From: Vicugna vicugna
Taxonomy: Eukaryota
Length of the DNA stretch: 64,000 bases
Assembly (NCBI GenBank): GCA_013265495.1
Contig: MU061056.1
Span: 1,102,815 to 1,166,814, forward strand
Reading direction: 5' to 3'
Part shown: positions 1 through 11,499 of the stretch, one piece after another
Layout of the letters: each line of letters opens with the position of its first letter
Position numbering within the stretch: position 1 is the stretch's first letter
Notes under the pieces: model-generated
Database searches by the model: none
Seen by the model: only the letters and a program-made list of their open reading frames with translations
What the model was told of the DNA's origin: nothing
Program-made: the position numbers and the translations under genes

Positions 1-7
1 CAGGGCG

Positions 8-55
8 AGGTATATTATCCCCATTTTACAGAAGAGAAAACTGACACCGAGTGAG
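8..55. mobile_element. MIR SINE fragment
   Basis: 'tatccccattttacagaagagaaaactga' resembles the MIR core 'cccattttacagatgaggaaactgagg'. Confidence 0.65.
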
Positions 56-784
56 AGAAAATTGTGGAAGCACACTAATAGGAACTACACATAGACTTTG
101 CCCCACCCCGGGACTCCTTCCACTGTGACCCACTGCCTCTTTAATATTAGTGCTTGAAATGGTCTGAAACAGGCTGGAGGGCAACTCCCAGTACCTAGAT
201 CTAAACGTCCCAGTGTCCTGCCTGCCTGCTGTATGTGCTCCACCAGGATAGTGGGTGCTCGTGTCATAAACCCACTCCAGTCCCCCCGCCCCCCATCGCC
301 GCTGCACTCATCTCTTGGATTTCAACACAAAAAATTCTTACCCAAGAGCTGAAGATGGGGGTTTTTACATTATTAAAGCCAACACTTTGCAATATAAGAA
401 GAAAAACCTTCCTTACTGGGACCTACATGAGAAATTTGAGTTCAAATCAGTGTCTTTGAGGAATCCATCTTCCCCTGGGAATGCCAGAGCTAGGAGAAAT
501 TTACTGCTCTTAGAAGTCCACTGGAATCCTACTTGAAAACCACCTTATAGATAAAATCATATGAGTAATTCCTGGCAACAGTCGTGTTTTCATTCTTCTG
601 TAATTGAGTATCCTTGAGTGGCGCCCAAGGCTCACTCTCCCCTCCCCTTGCTGTCTCTCAGAGTTCTTGTCTTAATGTGAACTGTTTTACAGGCTTTAGT
701 ATTTGTCTCTTCTGACATAAAATATGCATACTATAAAAGATTTTCAATTAAGTTCTAATCTCAATTAACCAGACTCCAGTAGAT

Positions 785-974
785 TTTTTTAACATTTTTT
801 ATTGATTTATAATCATTTTACAATGTTGTGTCAAATTCCAGTGTTCAGCACAATTTTTCAGTCATTCATGGACATATACACACTCATTGTCACATTTTTT
901 TCTCTTGTGATTTATCATAACATTTTGTGTATATTTCCCTGTGCTATACAGTGTAATCTTGTTTATCTATTCTA
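785..974 (-). mobile_element. 5'-truncated young L1 3' end (camelid-type), about 190 bp
   Basis: Poly-T head followed by 'aacattttttattgatttataatcattttacaatgttgtgtcaaattccagtg...'; flanked by direct repeat cagtagat at 777-784 and 975-982 (TSD). Confidence 0.85.
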
Positions 975-2858
975 CAGTAGATATTTAATAAAGGACAGTT
1001 GCATAAAAGTTTAATGTATTCATGTTCCCATTTGGATTTAGGTTGGATCCATATTTACAAATGGACTGGACACAAGCAATCAGTTTTGTGATTCCGTGAA
1101 ACACTCAAAGATTTGCTCTGGCCCCCTTTATATATGTGTGTGGATGTGCCATAGTTTAGTATAATAATTATAACTCCTTTACTTTGAGTTCATATAACTG
1201 CACATGTGTAAACACAGCCTGAGTGTTTTAAAAAGGTAAAAAAACAAAAAACACCTTTTATTTTGCCGTTCACCTTATTTGACAGAAATGATCTATAATC
1301 CCTTTGTTGCTGATTTGGTTGGTAAGCCCTAAGGAAACAAAACATGAATTTACTTTCCTATCTTTTTAATGTAGTGTCTCGATAACTTTCATTCTGAAAA
1401 TAAAGAGACAGTTAGCTATGATACAGTGTTAGTATAAACCAGATTGAGAAATAGAGACATAAAATTGATAGATGTAGGCAGAATATCTACTAAGGGGTAT
1501 TTAATCTCCAGCTCACGAATCTGTAATTCATTATCTGATGGGAATACAGCTATTGATTTCCATAAGATGAAGACTTCTGGTTTCTCTAATCATGTCCATT
1601 AGTTTCCTCCAGACAGATTAATAATTTTTCACAATTGCTAATGGCAATTGTAGGCATTTAATTTTGCTTCTGCCCTTGTGTTTTTGCTACTTGGCAGCAT
1701 ATTTGTGTAGTAGTAGATAAAAAATAATCCTAAGGCAATAAAGCAGTCTTCATTTGTTACAGCACTATGTTTACAAAAGCATCATTATGAGCACTTCAAA
1801 GTACTGAACATCTCCACCTATTATTCTTTTAATTAGAAATTTATGTTGGACTTGAAGACAAGTTTGTTACCTAAGGGACTAAAAACTTATTTTAAAAATG
1901 AATCACACAGAGAAGATGAACTTCTTTATTTTCCTTCCACTGATAAATCTGAACACTATAAATATGAACAGTACTTCTTTTGAAGAGAATTGCAGTTATT
2001 TTTAAATCCATATGTAAATTTTTTATAGACTCTGCAGTAGATTTTTTTTTAAACTGTCTCATTCTGTACAATCTACAGTGGTTGTTGAATATGATATGTA
2101 TTAATTCTTTGGGAACAGCTTAAAACTTTGTTGTATAATTATTTTAGATTAGTTAAATTGACCCTTAGGTCTTTCAATGGCATTTAGTTGCTGAAAGATT
2201 GATTATTTTAGAGAAGTTTCTACGGTGGCTTGGGCCTCTGGATAGATTTGTGTACAGATAGAGGATCAATGCTCACAGTGAGAGTATTGATGGCAAAATG
2301 ATTTTCAACTCCAGACGTTAGCTCTGATTTAAATGATAATGTCATCCAAGCTAGACTCACCTTTTGGCTACGTAAGCATACATCATTTTTTTTTAACTGA
2401 GGTATAATAGGCATAATACTACTTTCAGGTGTACAATATTATTCAGTATATTTGTATATACTGTGAAGTGATGACTTCAACGTGTCTCGTTAACATCCTC
2501 ACCATACAGAGTTACAGATAATTGTTTCTTATGATGCTAACTTTTAACATTAAAATTCTTATGATGAGAAGTTAGAAACTTTCAAATAAGCTATATAGTC
2601 TTATTCAATAGTCACAATGATATACTTTGCATCCCCATGATGTATTTATTTTATAAATGGAAACGTGTAACTTTTGATACCCTTCACCTTTTCCTCTGGC
2701 TCCACTACACCCCTGCCTTGGGCAACCGCTAATGTGTTCCCTGCATTTATAAGCTCAGTTTTGTTTGTTTAGACTCCACATATAAGTGAGATACGATATT
2801 TGTCTTTCTCTACTTGATTTATTTCACTTAGCATAATGACCTCAGGGTCCTTCCATAT

Positions 2859-2994
2859 NNNNNNNNNNNNNNNNNNNNNNNNNNNNNNNNNNNNNNNNNN
2901 NNNNNNNNNNNNNNNNNNNNNNNNNNNNNNNNNNNNNNNNNNNNNNNNNNNNNNNNNNNNNNNNNNNNNNNNNNNNNNNNNNNNNNNNNNNNNN
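2859..2994. other. Run of N (136 nt), assembly gap or mask
   Basis: Directly seen. Confidence 0.99.
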
Positions 2995-3053
2995 GTTTCT
3001 ATGTCTCGGCTGATGTAAATAATGCTGCAGTGACTATAAGGGTGCATGTTTCT

Positions 3054-3347
3054 NNNNNNNNNNNNNNNNNNNNNNNNNNNNNNNNNNNNNNNNNNNNNNN
3101 NNNNNNNNNNNNNNNNNNNNNNNNNNNNNNNNNNNNNNNNNNNNNNNNNNNNNNNNNNNNNNNNNNNNNNNNNNNNNNNNNNNNNNNNNNNNNNNNNNNN
3201 NNNNNNNNNNNNNNNNNNNNNNNNNNNNNNNNNNNNNNNNNNNNNNNNNNNNNNNNNNNNNNNNNNNNNNNNNNNNNNNNNNNNNNNNNNNNNNNNNNNN
3301 NNNNNNNNNNNNNNNNNNNNNNNNNNNNNNNNNNNNNNNNNNNNNNN
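3054..3347. other. Run of N (294 nt), assembly gap or mask
   Basis: Directly seen. Confidence 0.99.
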
Positions 3348-5726
3348 TGTACCTGTTGCCCATCTTTGCAAAAAGTCTATTCGGAGCTTCTGCCCATTTT
3401 TTAATCAGATTTGTTTGGTGTTGGATTATGTGTGTTCTTTATATACTTTCAGTGTTAAACTTCTACCAGATAGGTGATTTATAAATGTCTTTTCCCATTC
3501 GGTAGATTGCTTTTTTGTTTTGTAGTTGACTTCCATTGCTGTGCAGAAGCTTTTTTAGTTTCCTGTAGTCCCACATGTTTACTTTTGCTTTTGTTGCCTT
3601 TGCTTTTGGTGTCAAATTTAAAAAAAAAAAATCCCCAAGACCTACGTCAAGGAGCTTCCTGCCTATGTTTTCTTCTAGGAGTTTTGTGGTTTCAGGTCTT
3701 AGGTTCAAGTCTTTAATCCATTTTGAGTTAATTTGTATGTATGGTTTAGGAAACAGGTCCAGTTTCCTTCTCTTGCCTGTGGCTTTCCACTTTTCCCAAC
3801 ACTATGTCCCTCTCATGATTATAATCAGAGAAACTTGTAAATGTACAAAGAAAGGAGATCCATCAGGGCAATGAGAAGGTGGGAAGAAAGTGCTCTGGGG
3901 TTAAATGATGGAGAGGTTGCAGCTCTGTGGGTGGTGAGGGAAGTTTTGACTCTCGGGGAGGGTTGTGTTTAAGCTATGGCTTGATGGATGGTAGATACTT
4001 AAAAAATGAGAGTGGACATCAGAAGGGAAAAACATGTGTCATAAAAAGAACATTGTAAACAAAGGTAAAAAAAAAAGTGAGAATATACTTGGTGTGTTCA
4101 AAAGTAACACATCATTTGACTAACGTTTATATTAGATTTATTTCAGGGAGACTAATCTGATGCCAACACATATCCTGATCACACTGCTGTCAGTTAGGAG
4201 ACTTCTAGAAAATACTGCTGAAGGTGTATCTTCAACTGACTGACATATACATTACTCTTAGGGAGAGTTGTAAGGGACGTGTAGCCTTTCCTTAGATAAC
4301 TGTCAACCCCTCTGCCAGCACAGTTTAACTTCCAGATGTGCACGGGTGAAGTGGGTTAGCTATGTCGTGGGACCTGAATCATCTGTGGCGGGCAACAGCT
4401 AAGGCAGTGAGAAGAAATGCATTTACCCAGAGAGACTGCAGAGGGAACACGGCCAAGAAGAAAAGACTCAAGGAACAGGAGACTTAGGTCAGAAAGAAAT
4501 TCACAAAAGCCAATTAAAGTGAACAAATAGAAGTGCTGGAAGAAAACTTCGCATGTCTGATAAATTTCCAAGGGGAGAGGCCAACGTCCTCCCTGTGTTT
4601 GGATTTTCCAACAGTTCATAGCAGTTGCCTCAGAAAATGATTAAACATGCAGGATGATTCTAGCCTAAAATACTGAAAATTTACTGAAATAGCTATTTTA
4701 AAAATAAAATGTTAAGTGATAAATATATGTATATTTTTGTAGCCAATGAACTTGGCCAAGAGGACTCCTTACAGAAAGAGACGCATTGTGATAGAGTCGA
4801 TGGACTGGGGTTTTGGAGCCAGACTTGCATTTGACAGCTGTTTAATATTGTATTGCATTTTGAAATTAGAAAAATAAATCACCCTTCTCAATGACATGTG
4901 GAGAGCGCTCATTCAGCATAGATGAACAATTTTTAAGGAGAGTTGCAATAGCATTTTTGTAATATGTCTTTTTTCCTCTGGGAAGGGTGCTCTTCATAAC
5001 AATCCACAATTACAGTTTTAATCATTATTTGATGAAGACAGAATGCACTTGTGAGGGTCCATTTCATTCTCTAAACATTACAACCACTTGATAACTCATT
5101 CAAGCCTCTTCATCTCCCTCTTCCTCCCGTCATGGGTTTTATTTGAACTTCTGTAGAAACTTAAAGCTTTCATAAGTTTCTCAGTTTTTCTCACGTAGTC
5201 TTACATGTATCACAGTATCCAGGAATAAATGTGGAGTCATTCATCGGGACTATTCTTTGTTCTATTTTATTTTGCTTTATTGTACTTTGCTTTCTAAGTC
5301 TTTAATATAAAAATAACTAACAAATGGAGTGTCTGTAAATATACAAATTGAAAAGGGCAAGGGAATGCATTTTTTGCAATACTGCTTTATTAAAAATATG
5401 TTTTTGTGTGAACAGCATAAAATGGAAGATTTACTATAACATTTACCTTCTACTTATTTCCACTTTTCAGTGCTAATGGCTTTGCACTATGTGCTTTTTA
5501 CATTCTTTAAAAGACAAACATTATTCGTATTCATATTCATATTATTTCTCTATTGAGAACTCTAAAGACATTATTTATATTAAAAAGGATTTATGTTTTC
5601 TCATTCCATAGAACTGATATTCAGCAGTTATTTTTTCTCCCTCGTATGTGTTAACGATAAATAGTAAAGATCGAAGTGTTTAAGTGTTATACATCTTCTT
5701 CCGAACTCTGAAGCACAGCTGAATGA

Positions 5727-5768
5727 TACAGTTGATTTTTAAAGTTACAGTTGATTTTTAAAGTTACA
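5727..5768. repeat. 19-bp tandem duplication (tacagttgatttttaaagt x2 plus partial)
   Basis: Exact adjacent copies seen. Confidence 0.95.
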
Positions 5769-5880
5769 CATCAGATACAATGCTGTAATATCATCCTTAA
5801 AAAGTGTTGCACAGGTTTCAACATTGGAGATCCTGATTATTACTCATCTGGGTTAAAGTTTGCTTTTAGGGCTTCGTGAC

Positions 5881-6309
5881 TGTATTAGGCAGGGTTCTCC
5901 AGAGAAACAGGATGTGTGTGTGGCAGGGTGGGGTGTAGAGAGAGAAGGAGGGAGAGAGAGGCAGAGAGAAAAATATTTTAAGGAATTGGCCCCAGTGGTT
6001 GTTGCGGCTTAGAAAATCCAAAACCTGCAGGTTGGGCCATCAGGCTGGAGACCCACAGAAGAGCTGCAGAGTGATTCCAGCAGCCATCTGCTGGCAGAAT
6101 TTCTCCTTGGTCAGGGAAGGTCAGCCTTCATTTTGTCAAGGCCCTCTACTAACCGGAAGAGACCCATTCACATCGTGAAGGGTAACCTGCGTTATCAAAG
6201 TCTACTGATGTCAATGTCAGTGTCCTTCCAAAAACGCAGAAACATCTAAGATAATGTTTGACCAAATATCTGAGCACCATGGCCCAACTACATAAATTTC
6301 GACATCACA
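5881..6309 (-). mobile_element. MLT2B-like ERVL solo LTR
   Basis: Begins 'tgtattaggcagggttctccagagaaac' and ends 'gtttgaccaaatatctgagcaccatggccca...catcaca', matching the reverse of MLT2-type LTRs; TG...CA termini. Confidence 0.8.
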
Positions 6310-6519
6310 GTGACCATCTCATGCATTTTGTCTCTTCTTTAGCATGCTTACATTCTATTTCTATGACTTTTGCTTTTTTCTACTTTCCCAGATATTTGCA
6401 GGATTTTTTTTTTTACACCTTGCAGGATTATAAAGGTCATTGCTGCTGATAATCACTACCATTGAAAATTACTATCACAATGATTAATTACAATGACCAC
6501 TGCTACTATTGGGAACCAA

Positions 6520-6720
6520 TTGCTAAACACCTTCTATGTGGTTGGCAGTGAGACATGACTTTTATTGACTACTCTATGGCTAATGTTTACAACAAAAGGG
6601 AGATTGTTGTAAGTATTCATTTTGCAATTGAGGGACCTGATACTCAGTAGGCTTAGTGAACCTGTCCAAGGCCTTACAGTAATGAAGTGGCCCAGCCTGG
6701 ACTGGGTCTTGTGACTCTCC
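6520..6720. mobile_element. MIR fragment
   Basis: 'cattttgcaattgagggacctgatactcagtaggcttagtgaacctgtccaaggccttacag' resembles a diverged MIR core. Confidence 0.6.
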
Positions 6721-7568
6721 GCCTTCCCCTACGCTGCCCTGACCAACGTAACTTTTGTCTTACACAGTCTGTCATAGTCATTCAGCTACTAAGACTTCAC
6801 GGTGACAAGAGGGATTTTAAATGAAAGGAAGGGCCATTCAATAAGATATAAACAGATTTTATAACTACAGGCCCCTTTATCATAGATTACTATGAGAGTT
6901 TATGTAATAATTTTAATAATTCTTTGAGTTTTTATAGCAGTCCTTTTCCTTGGATTATATTTTTAGTGTTACCCTACTAGAGAGAAGAAAATTGAATATA
7001 TTCATAATTTTCTTTTCCTTCTGTCACCGATGTCTCACCTTCCGTGAACTGATTAGAGATGACGTTGGAGAGATTGAGATTTGAATTATTTGGTAGCCAG
7101 CATCAAGACCGAAGCTGAGGAATTCGGAGTTGGTTTTGTTGGAAACAGATAATTCTGCAGATTCAAAGGCAGGAGCCTGCCACAGCCAAATGAACCAGGA
7201 ATCCTCTATTACTGCCTCATCTTCCTGAGACAGTCTCTTAAGACTTGTTACATTATGATCCACCAAGAGGTCTCAGCAGTGTTTTATGTCACGGTGTTTA
7301 TATTCAAACGTCATTCCTCTATCGTGGTGCATATTCCACTGGCTACGAGAGTGGTATCCTTCCCTAACAGCTGTACTGGTTTTGGAAAATGGTGTTACCT
7401 TTTGAAAACACAATTTAGTAAACCCTTAATAGCATGTCAGTCCTACTGGCAGTGCAGAGGAGGAGCAGCACGCAGAACTGTGTCTTGCCTGTGGTCAGAA
7501 CAGTGTCCCTGGCTGACGTAAAGCCGTCTTTGCATTCTGGGATTCCACAACCTCAGACACTCTGAGCA

Positions 7569-7694
7569 TGGAGTGGAGTCATTGGATGCTGACATGACAT
7601 TGTCTTTAATTCTGACACACTCTTGTTACTGTGGAGTGGAGTCATTGGATGCTAACATGACACTGTCTTTAATTCTGACACACTCTTGTTACTG
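7569..7694. repeat. 63-bp tandem duplication, 2 copies
   Basis: Units 7569-7631 and 7632-7694 differ at two positions (gctgac/gctaac, cattgt/cactgt). Confidence 0.95.
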
Positions 7695-8861
7695 TGTTGG
7701 TATTTAACTTTTGTTTACAATTCTACAGGATCTTAGAGGGTTCACAAATGGTCTTATGTCTTTCACAGGATAATTCATTTTCCTGAATTTCATATAACAC
7801 TGAGTTTTGGTTTTCTGTTTTGTTTTGTACAATCAAACCTGTTTGGGTTGGGAGAAGCATTCACTTGATTTTGGTAAGATCATCATAATCCATCAGGTTA
7901 TATCCCAAATCAGAGTGAATGTAGTTTTCATTAGGAGCGTTCTTATTTTAAAATATAAATCCTTTATTTGATACATTTTTCAAAATTCAAAAGAAGATAT
8001 GCCTCCAGGTAAAGCAGTCTAAGGGTAGAAGTAGTCTTCATTTAAAATAAAAGAACCTCTATTTAAAATAAAAGAATTTCTTAATGTCTTTGTTCTTCTT
8101 CTTGGCTGGACACTTTCCCGTGTGATTTTGCATGAAAGTTAGACAAGAGCTGGTCCTCTCAGATCTGAATCCAACTCCTCACGATCAAAAATAGTCACTT
8201 ATCAGCTGTCCTCTCTTTTACTTAAATAGAAAGATGCTTATTACAAATACTATTCTGCTTTTTGATATCATTTGTAAATGGTGTATAATGGAAAACTCTG
8301 AATTTTCCTTATAAGTACTAATTACCATTCCCTATTGTTCTTGTATAGTTGAAATACATCCACCTAAGAATTCATATGATACAAAACAAAATAATCCCAA
8401 AATGTAACAAGATAAAACACAAAACCATTTATCAGCCCTGAAAAAAAAATTTTAAATGGAGAAAAAAATCTGTTCAGTTGTTAAATACACTTTACAGATT
8501 TGACAACTGCATTGTCATTTGATATATAGCATTTTTGTTCATGCGTGCTTTCTGTCTGTTGGATAGGAATCACGTCCTGTTTATTTCTGTGTGTTAACGA
8601 CTCAGCATAGGGCAGGCATTCAATACATGTGGTAGGGATTAGGAAAGAAGGTAAGAAAGAAAAAGATTGGAGGGGTGAAGGAAATGAGACAGGGATGCTA
8701 ACTAAATAAACACTACTTACACTTCGTGAAACACTTTTACTTTACCTGTGTCATTTTCATCAGGAGAAGGTCTGTTCTCTGAGGTTTCAACTCGTACCAA
8801 TAATGATGCTAAGGCCCAAATTATGTCCTTTTAGATGAAAAAAAGGAACCAACTAAATTTT

Positions 8862-8911
8862 TTTTAACATTTTTTATTGATTTATAATCATTTTACAATG
8901 TTGTGTCAAAT
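8862..8911 (-). mobile_element. About 50-bp 5'-truncated L1 insertion (same family as 785-974)
   Basis: Identical to the first ~50 nt of the 785-974 element; flanked by actaaatttt at 8852-8861 and 8912-8921 (TSD). Confidence 0.9.
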
Positions 8912-9016
8912 ACTAAATTTTATATATACAAACACACACACACACACTTATATACATACATATAATCTCTCAAAAAGTGCTGGAAGCTTTTTAAGTGTGA
9001 AAGATTTGTAAGAATT

Positions 9017-9563
9017 TGTAGGGAAGTAAAATTTGCCACCTCAAAATGTCTCTTTAGCGTGTGGATTATTATGAGCTGAGGACAATCAAGGCCCAAATGA
9101 CTCAGGAATAAACTTTGACCCTCCCCCTAACTGCCTAAGCACCTGTTGCAGGGAGGGAGTCATCGCCATAGTTGACTACAGTATGAACTAGGTGTGGAGA
9201 AAGGAAGGAACTTAGAAAAGTCTGTTTGTTAAAATTCCTCTCTGTATCCCACCATCTCTGCGTGGCCCAGCAAACATGTTTACCAAACATATGCTTGTTT
9301 GTCTTGTCAGCTGCCTTCCTCCCCATCTGAGGTCCCAAACTGTCCCCCTCAACATCCTCCTTTGTCTTTAGCTGAAGATGGCTTTTAAGATGAGGTTTTC
9401 AGCCATTCTGGCTAGTTTCTCAGTTTCCCTGGGTCTCGCCTCCGTATGCGTGTTGTTAAGCTTTTGTGTGACTTTCTCCTGTTAATCAGCCTCATGTCAG
9501 TTTAATTCTTAGACCAGCCAGAAGAACCTGGAAGTGTAGTGGAAAATTTATTCCTCCCCGACA
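9017..9563 (+). mobile_element. ERV1-class solo LTR (MER34/MER39-like)
   Basis: TG...CA ends ('tgtagggaagtaaaatttgccacctcaaaat' ... 'ggaaaatttattcctccccgaca'); flanks aatt/agtt may be a decayed 4-bp TSD. Confidence 0.75.
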
Positions 9564-9799
9564 AGTTAAAAACAAAGAAGCCCAGAAAGGGATGTTAAAC
9601 CGACTTAATAGTGTATCAGAATATTAACAAAATTTATAAGTGACAGTGTAAAATGGCAAAAGTAGTACATGAAAGGGGAAAAGATGTGAGAAGTGACCGC
9701 TGTTAGGAAACCAGATCCCTTTGCCTGACGGACAGAAGCCTGGCACTTCAGTGCCCAGATTTAGCCCAGAAAGAGTTTATCCGCAAGGCAGCTAAGCCA

Positions 9800-10480
9800 G
9801 GAGTTAGAACAAGTGTTGGTTCCATCTCCGCGAAGGCAAGGAGTTTGGGACATTTATGGGATAAACACGCGGTTGGAGGAGCGGGGAGGGAGATAGGAAG
9901 CGGGAAAAGACGGAGAATAGGCATTCTGCGCAGGCGCACCTGGGTCCTGGGTGTCTGTATATTCAAAAGGAAGGCACGCTGCTGGGACCTGTGGGTGGAG
10001 TCTGCAGCCTGACGTCATCAGGCGGTCAAATGGAGTTTGCGCAGGCCCAGTTTTAGGGTCCGCCCTCCCATCTGGTTTCAGCCGGTTCGCGCTGGGCAGA
10101 AGCGGTTGCGAGTTCGTGGTAAAACAGCGAACAGGCGGCGTGACGCTGGGAAGGTATGCGAATAAAGAGAGAAAGAAAGAAAGAAAGAAAACGCAAACCT
10201 AAATTGAGCTTTGTCAGGGAAGGCAGCTACAAGCGAAGGGGGCTGAACAGGCTGCTCCCTTGCCTGTGGGGCTGCAGGACGAGCTCCAGTCTGTTAGCCG
10301 CTTCCCTCAGCTCTGTCCGGCGCGGTGTCGGAGCCATGCGTTCTCCTCAGCCTCAGCCGCCCGGCAGGCCTGCCGGCTCGGGGGCCTCTGTGTGCGGCCT
10401 GCGCCTTCCAGGTGCCGCTCGGACCCCCCTGTGCAAGACACGCTGGTGGCACTGGGGCGTCGACGTTCCTGTCCCGCCTA
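9800..10480. promoter_or_regulatory. CpG-island-like promoter
   Basis: Abrupt rise in GC and CpG; TGCGCAGGCGCA (NRF1-like) 9927-9938; TGACGTCA (CRE) 10010-10017; CCGCCC GC box near 10060; TGACG near 10141. Confidence 0.85.
10020..10153 (+). other. Candidate non-coding first exon of an unidentified transcript (start approximate)
   Basis: Lies in the CpG island and ends at donor AAG|gtatgc (10153/10154); only a short uORF (ATG GAG TTT GCG CAG GCC CAG TTT TAG). Confidence 0.55.
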
Positions 10481-10660
10481 CTGGAGAGAGGGAAGCAGTG
10501 ATTCACCTCTCCTGAGACCCTCAGATCACGCCCTCCTGGAAGCCAGAGGCCAACTCTCCTTGCAGGTGTTCTTCCCCCCTTCTGTCCTCTAAGCCAGTTT
10601 AATGGACCTGTAGAGAAATCGCACTTGTCTTCTCCCTTTCTTTCCAAGCTTCCCCCAAAG

Positions 10661-10888
10661 CAGCACGTCTCAACTGTATTGCGGTTGTCGTTTTGGACCA
10701 GATCATTCTCTGTGTGTATGTGGAGGGGAGTGGGGGGCTGTCCTGTGCAGTATGTTTGTCAGCATCTCTGACCTCTACCCACCTGCTCACAGTAGCAACA
10801 CCCTCCCGCCCCCAAGTTGTGACAACTAACAATGTGACCAGCCATTGCCTAGTGTCCCCTGTGGGGTGCCCCTGATTGAAAACCACTG
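10661..10888 (-). mobile_element. MER20 (hAT-Charlie) DNA transposon relic
   Basis: 'ggggggctgtcctgtgcag...cagcatctctgacctctacccac...ccaagttgtgacaac...gaaaaccactg' matches the reverse of the MER20 layout. Confidence 0.8.
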
Positions 10889-11499
10889 CCCTAATTAAAG
10901 ATGGTGCTTTTATTTCCTCACTTTATCCAATAATACACTTTGATTTATTTTTCCTTGTACTCACTGGGCTCCCCCGATTCATTTTTAATCTCTCACTGGT
11001 ACCACTTACACACACAAAAGGAAAATGCAGGGGTAGTTTAATTTTTCATTCTGAAACCAACTGATCCCAGGGCAGTTGGCCCAATGACCTTGGCCTCATT
11101 AGCATAAAAAAATTTCACGGGACTTTTTAAGCTGTTACTATTACACACAACAAAAAAAGATTAATAAACAATCCAGTAGTAAAAAAAAAAAATAGAACAA
11201 GTGATCAAAATGTAATTACGAGGTATTGAAAATATAGTTGAAAATAATAGAAGGTATGTTAACTATTTTACTGAAATCATATGGGAAAATTTTGGTTAGA
11301 AACATTGACTTTTTTTTTTACCTTTATTGTATCAACCCCATGGTTATTTCCAGCAAACCTTACCTCTGAAAATTACAAAGAAAATGTGTCAGAATATGAA
11401 TTTTGTTTCCATAATGGGATATTGTAAAGAATGAACATAAATGATTAAGTTCCTAATCCATTCTGCAGCCCCAGTGGTGCGAGGAGGGCCTGCATGGTG

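Larger units (their letters stand above)
2386..3805 (-). mobile_element. L1 (L1MA/L1MB-like) 3' portion, interrupted by two N gaps
   Basis: Poly-T start 'ttttttttaactgaggtataat'; L1 3'UTR/ORF2-end motifs 'gtctttctctacttgatttatttcacttagcataatg' and 'gcagaagcttttttagttt...gtcccacatgtttacttttgcttttgttgcc'. Confidence 0.9.

Noticed and set aside
2769-3477. Long ORFs (109-200 aa) in the ORF track
   Set aside because: They are artefacts of N runs inside an L1
10156-10647. 110-119 aa ORFs on both strands
   Set aside because: Expected in GC-rich CpG-island DNA where stop codons are scarce; low-complexity peptides with no recognisable domain
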